From a virus (lineage: Duplodnaviria; Caudoviricetes): a stretch of DNA of 43,757 nucleotides. Numbering within the stretch: position 1 is the first letter of the stretch; every line of letters starts with the position of its first letter. A program made the position numbers and the translations under genes. Below the pieces are notes generated by a model. It made no database searches. It was not told the DNA's origin and saw nothing but the letters and a program-made list of their open reading frames with translations. Positions 41,590-43,757 of the stretch are shown here, piece by piece. The stretch is from IMG/VR virus record IMGVR_UViG_3300037851_001503, positions 1 through 43,757 of that record; one strand, given 5' to 3'.

Positions 41590-43757
41590 GCACCATCGCA
41601 CGGTTCACCCTCGTCGAGATCATCGGGGCCGAGTCCTCGCACGCCTCCGTTCAGCCCTGGGACCCGGCCGCCTACGAGCAGCCTGGGCTCGACACGGCGC
41701 ACAGAATCCTCGGCGTCACGATGACCGCATCGGAGAGCCAGGAGCCGGTCGCGGTCATGAGGCGGGGCGTGCTGCGCGATGTGGCCCGCCAGAACGGCGA
41801 GACCTGGGCCGTCGGTGACGTGCTCTGGGCGAAGTCTGACGGTTCGATCACGAAGACACGGCCGGCGGCGCCGCTTCCCTTCGTCTTGGTGGGCACGGTC
41901 TTCGAGACGATCAACACGCTCCACACCGTGGACGTGGACGTGCGGGTGCTCCCCTCGCTCGGCGAGCTCTCGGGGGTGAGCGTCGAGACGCCCGCGGATC
42001 TCGACGTCTTGATCTACAAGGTGGCGACGCACGTCTGGGAGCCGCGGCGGCTGGTCCACAACACGGACCTCGACGGGCTCGCCACCGCGTCGGCCCATCC
42101 CGCCAGCGCGATCACGAACACCCCGGCCGGGGACATCGCGGCGACGACGGTCCAGGCCGCGATCGACGAGCTGGACGACGAGAAGGTGAAGGTGGCGGGC
42201 CAGCTCGGGGGCACGGCGGACTCGCCCACGGTCATCGGGGTCACCGAGACGGGCGGGCCGACTGCACTGACGTTCGGGGCGATCGGGGACGGGAAGTTCC
42301 TGAAGCGCGACGGGACGGGCATCGTGGGCGCGGACGCCGCGGGAGGTGCGACGGCTCTCGACGACTTGACGGACGTCGACGCGCCGGCCCCGGATGATGG
42401 GGACGTCCTCACCTGGGACGACGGCAATGCCGAATGGATCGCCGCGCCTCCCGCGGGGGGGCCCCCATCCGCCCACGCCACGTCGCACGTGACCGGCGCG
42501 GACCAGCTGGCGGACGTGGTTGGGGACGGGGGTTCCGGCGGGACGCATGGGCTCGTTCCGGCGCCGGCTGCCGGAGATGCTGCCGCCGGGAAGTTCCTGA
42601 AAGCCACCGGGGGGTGGGCGGTCCCTTCCGCCACCGTCGCCGAGCTCGACGACATCGGGGACGTGAACGCGGCCGCACCCGACGACGAAGACGTCCTCAC
42701 CTGGGATGACGGCGCGGGGGCATGGGTGCCGGCCGCCGTCGCCACGATCGGCGCCAACATGCGGCGGGACTTCCAGGAGTTCACTGCTGCGGGTGCCGAT
42801 AGCTGGACGAAGCCCACGACCTTCACGCCCCGCCTCGTCCGAGTCGTCGTGATCGGCGGCGGCGGGGGAGGCGGCGGCGGGGGCGGCTCCACCGGCGCGG
42901 CCCGTCGGCAAGGGGGCGCGGGCGGCGGCGGTGGGGCATTCGCGGAGGCGTGGTTCGACGCGGACGACCTGGGCTCGACTGAGTCCGTCTACGTGGGGAC
43001 GGGCGGTGCCGGCGGGGCCGGCTACTCCGGTGCCGGCAGCGGGAACGGAAACGACGGGAGCGTGGGCGAGACGAGCACGTTCGGCACCACTGTCCGCCTG
43101 TCCGCCTACGGCGGCGGGGGCGGGTACCGCGGCACCGCAGGAGGCGGTAACTCCGCCGGCGTCGGCGGCGGCGGGGGGGGTACCGGCGGGGCCGGCGCGA
43201 CGGGCACGGCGACGACGGGAACAGGTGGGCTTCCGGGTGGCCAGGCCACCGCCTTCGGCACGTTGTCGCAGGTCGGCGGGGGCGGAGGGGCCGGCTCCCC
43301 GGGGACGAGCAATCAGCCAGGCTGCTCGGCGGAGCATGGCGGGGCGGGCGGGGGAGGCCACACCAGTTCCGGCGTCAAGGGCGCGGGAGGCTCCTCGCTC
43401 TGGGGTGGCGGTGGAGGCGGAGATGGAGGGGGGACGGACGCAACCCCCGCGATCCAGGGAGGCACCGACGGGGGGACGTCGGGGACCTGCACCGCCGGCG
43501 GTGGCGGGGCGAAGGGGACGGATGGAGCCTCGCCGACCGCGGGAACAGACGGCGCGGACGGAAACTTCCGCATCGCCGGCTCGGGTGGCGGTGGCGGTGG
43601 CACCACCATCACGGCCACGACGAACGGCGCGAACGGCGGCGCCGGCGGGCAGCCGGGCGGCGGCGGTGGTGGCGGCGGGGCCTGCACGACGTCGGCGACC
43701 GCGGGCACGGGCGGGGCGGGCGGAGACGGCGTGGTCCGGGTGTGGACGTTCGGGTAG
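41586..43757 (+). CDS. Glycine-rich tail fibre protein
   Basis: Repeated LDDL.DV....DVLTWD units; C-terminal Gly-rich domain from WTKP..VVVIGGGGGGG to GDGVVRVW. Confidence 0.85.
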   Translation: MSTIARFTLVEIIGAESSHASVQPWDPAAYEQPGLDTAHRILGVTMTASESQEPVAVMRRGVLRDVARQNGETWAVGDVLWAKSDGSITKTRPAAPLPFVLVGTVFETINTLHTVDVDVRVLPSLGELSGVSVETPADLDVLIYKVATHVWEPRRLVHNTDLDGLATASAHPASAITNTPAGDIAATTVQAAIDELDDEKVKVAGQLGGTADSPTVIGVTETGGPTALTFGAIGDGKFLKRDGTGIVGADAAGGATALDDLTDVDAPAPDDGDVLTWDDGNAEWIAAPPAGGPPSAHATSHVTGADQLADVVGDGGSGGTHGLVPAPAAGDAAAGKFLKATGGWAVPSATVAELDDIGDVNAAAPDDEDVLTWDDGAGAWVPAAVATIGANMRRDFQEFTAAGADSWTKPTTFTPRLVRVVVIGGGGGGGGGGGSTGAARRQGGAGGGGGAFAEAWFDADDLGSTESVYVGTGGAGGAGYSGAGSGNGNDGSVGETSTFGTTVRLSAYGGGGGYRGTAGGGNSAGVGGGGGGTGGAGATGTATTGTGGLPGGQATAFGTLSQVGGGGGAGSPGTSNQPGCSAEHGGAGGGGHTSSGVKGAGGSSLWGGGGGGDGGGTDATPAIQGGTDGGTSGTCTAGGGGAKGTDGASPTAGTDGADGNFRIAGSGGGGGGTTITATTNGANGGAGGQPGGGGGGGGACTTSATAGTGGAGGDGVVRVWTFG

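Noticed and set aside
42350-42740. Duplicated LDD..DV...DVLTWDDG segments as recombination or inversion sites
   Set aside because: Ordinary protein-level fibre repeats in direct orientation, with no invertase nearby.

Overview
The whole window (GC-rich, roughly 70% by eye) reads as most of one temperate, lambda-like siphophage or prophage. No att site or host flanking gene is visible. From left to right: (1) a hicB-hicA-like toxin-antitoxin pair converging on a tyrosine integrase; (2) a leftward operon (RHH regulator, SWIM zinc-finger membrane protein, 25-aa uORF, integrase) facing a second RHH regulator across two clear divergent sigma70 promoters, with no cI/S24 repressor; (3) early genes (excisionase, annealing recombinase, NinB-like, replication initiator with internal iterons, RusA); (4) an expanded lysis/membrane cassette; (5) a methyltransferase and two glycosyltransferases flanking the terminase genes; (6) a lambda-type head (Nu1, GpA, gpW, portal, Clp protease, decoration protein, capsid E); (7) a non-contractile tail with a -1 frameshifted chaperone, a 1066-aa tape measure, and tip and fibre genes. 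The most unusual element is a six-gene block inserted between portal and protease. It contains small beta-rich subunits, LamG lectin domains and a 931-aa protein with a strict 20-residue period. With the portal's C-terminal extension and the glycosylation genes, it suggests a length-templated, possibly glycosylated head/neck appendage. All product calls come from motif recognition by eye; no database searches were run.
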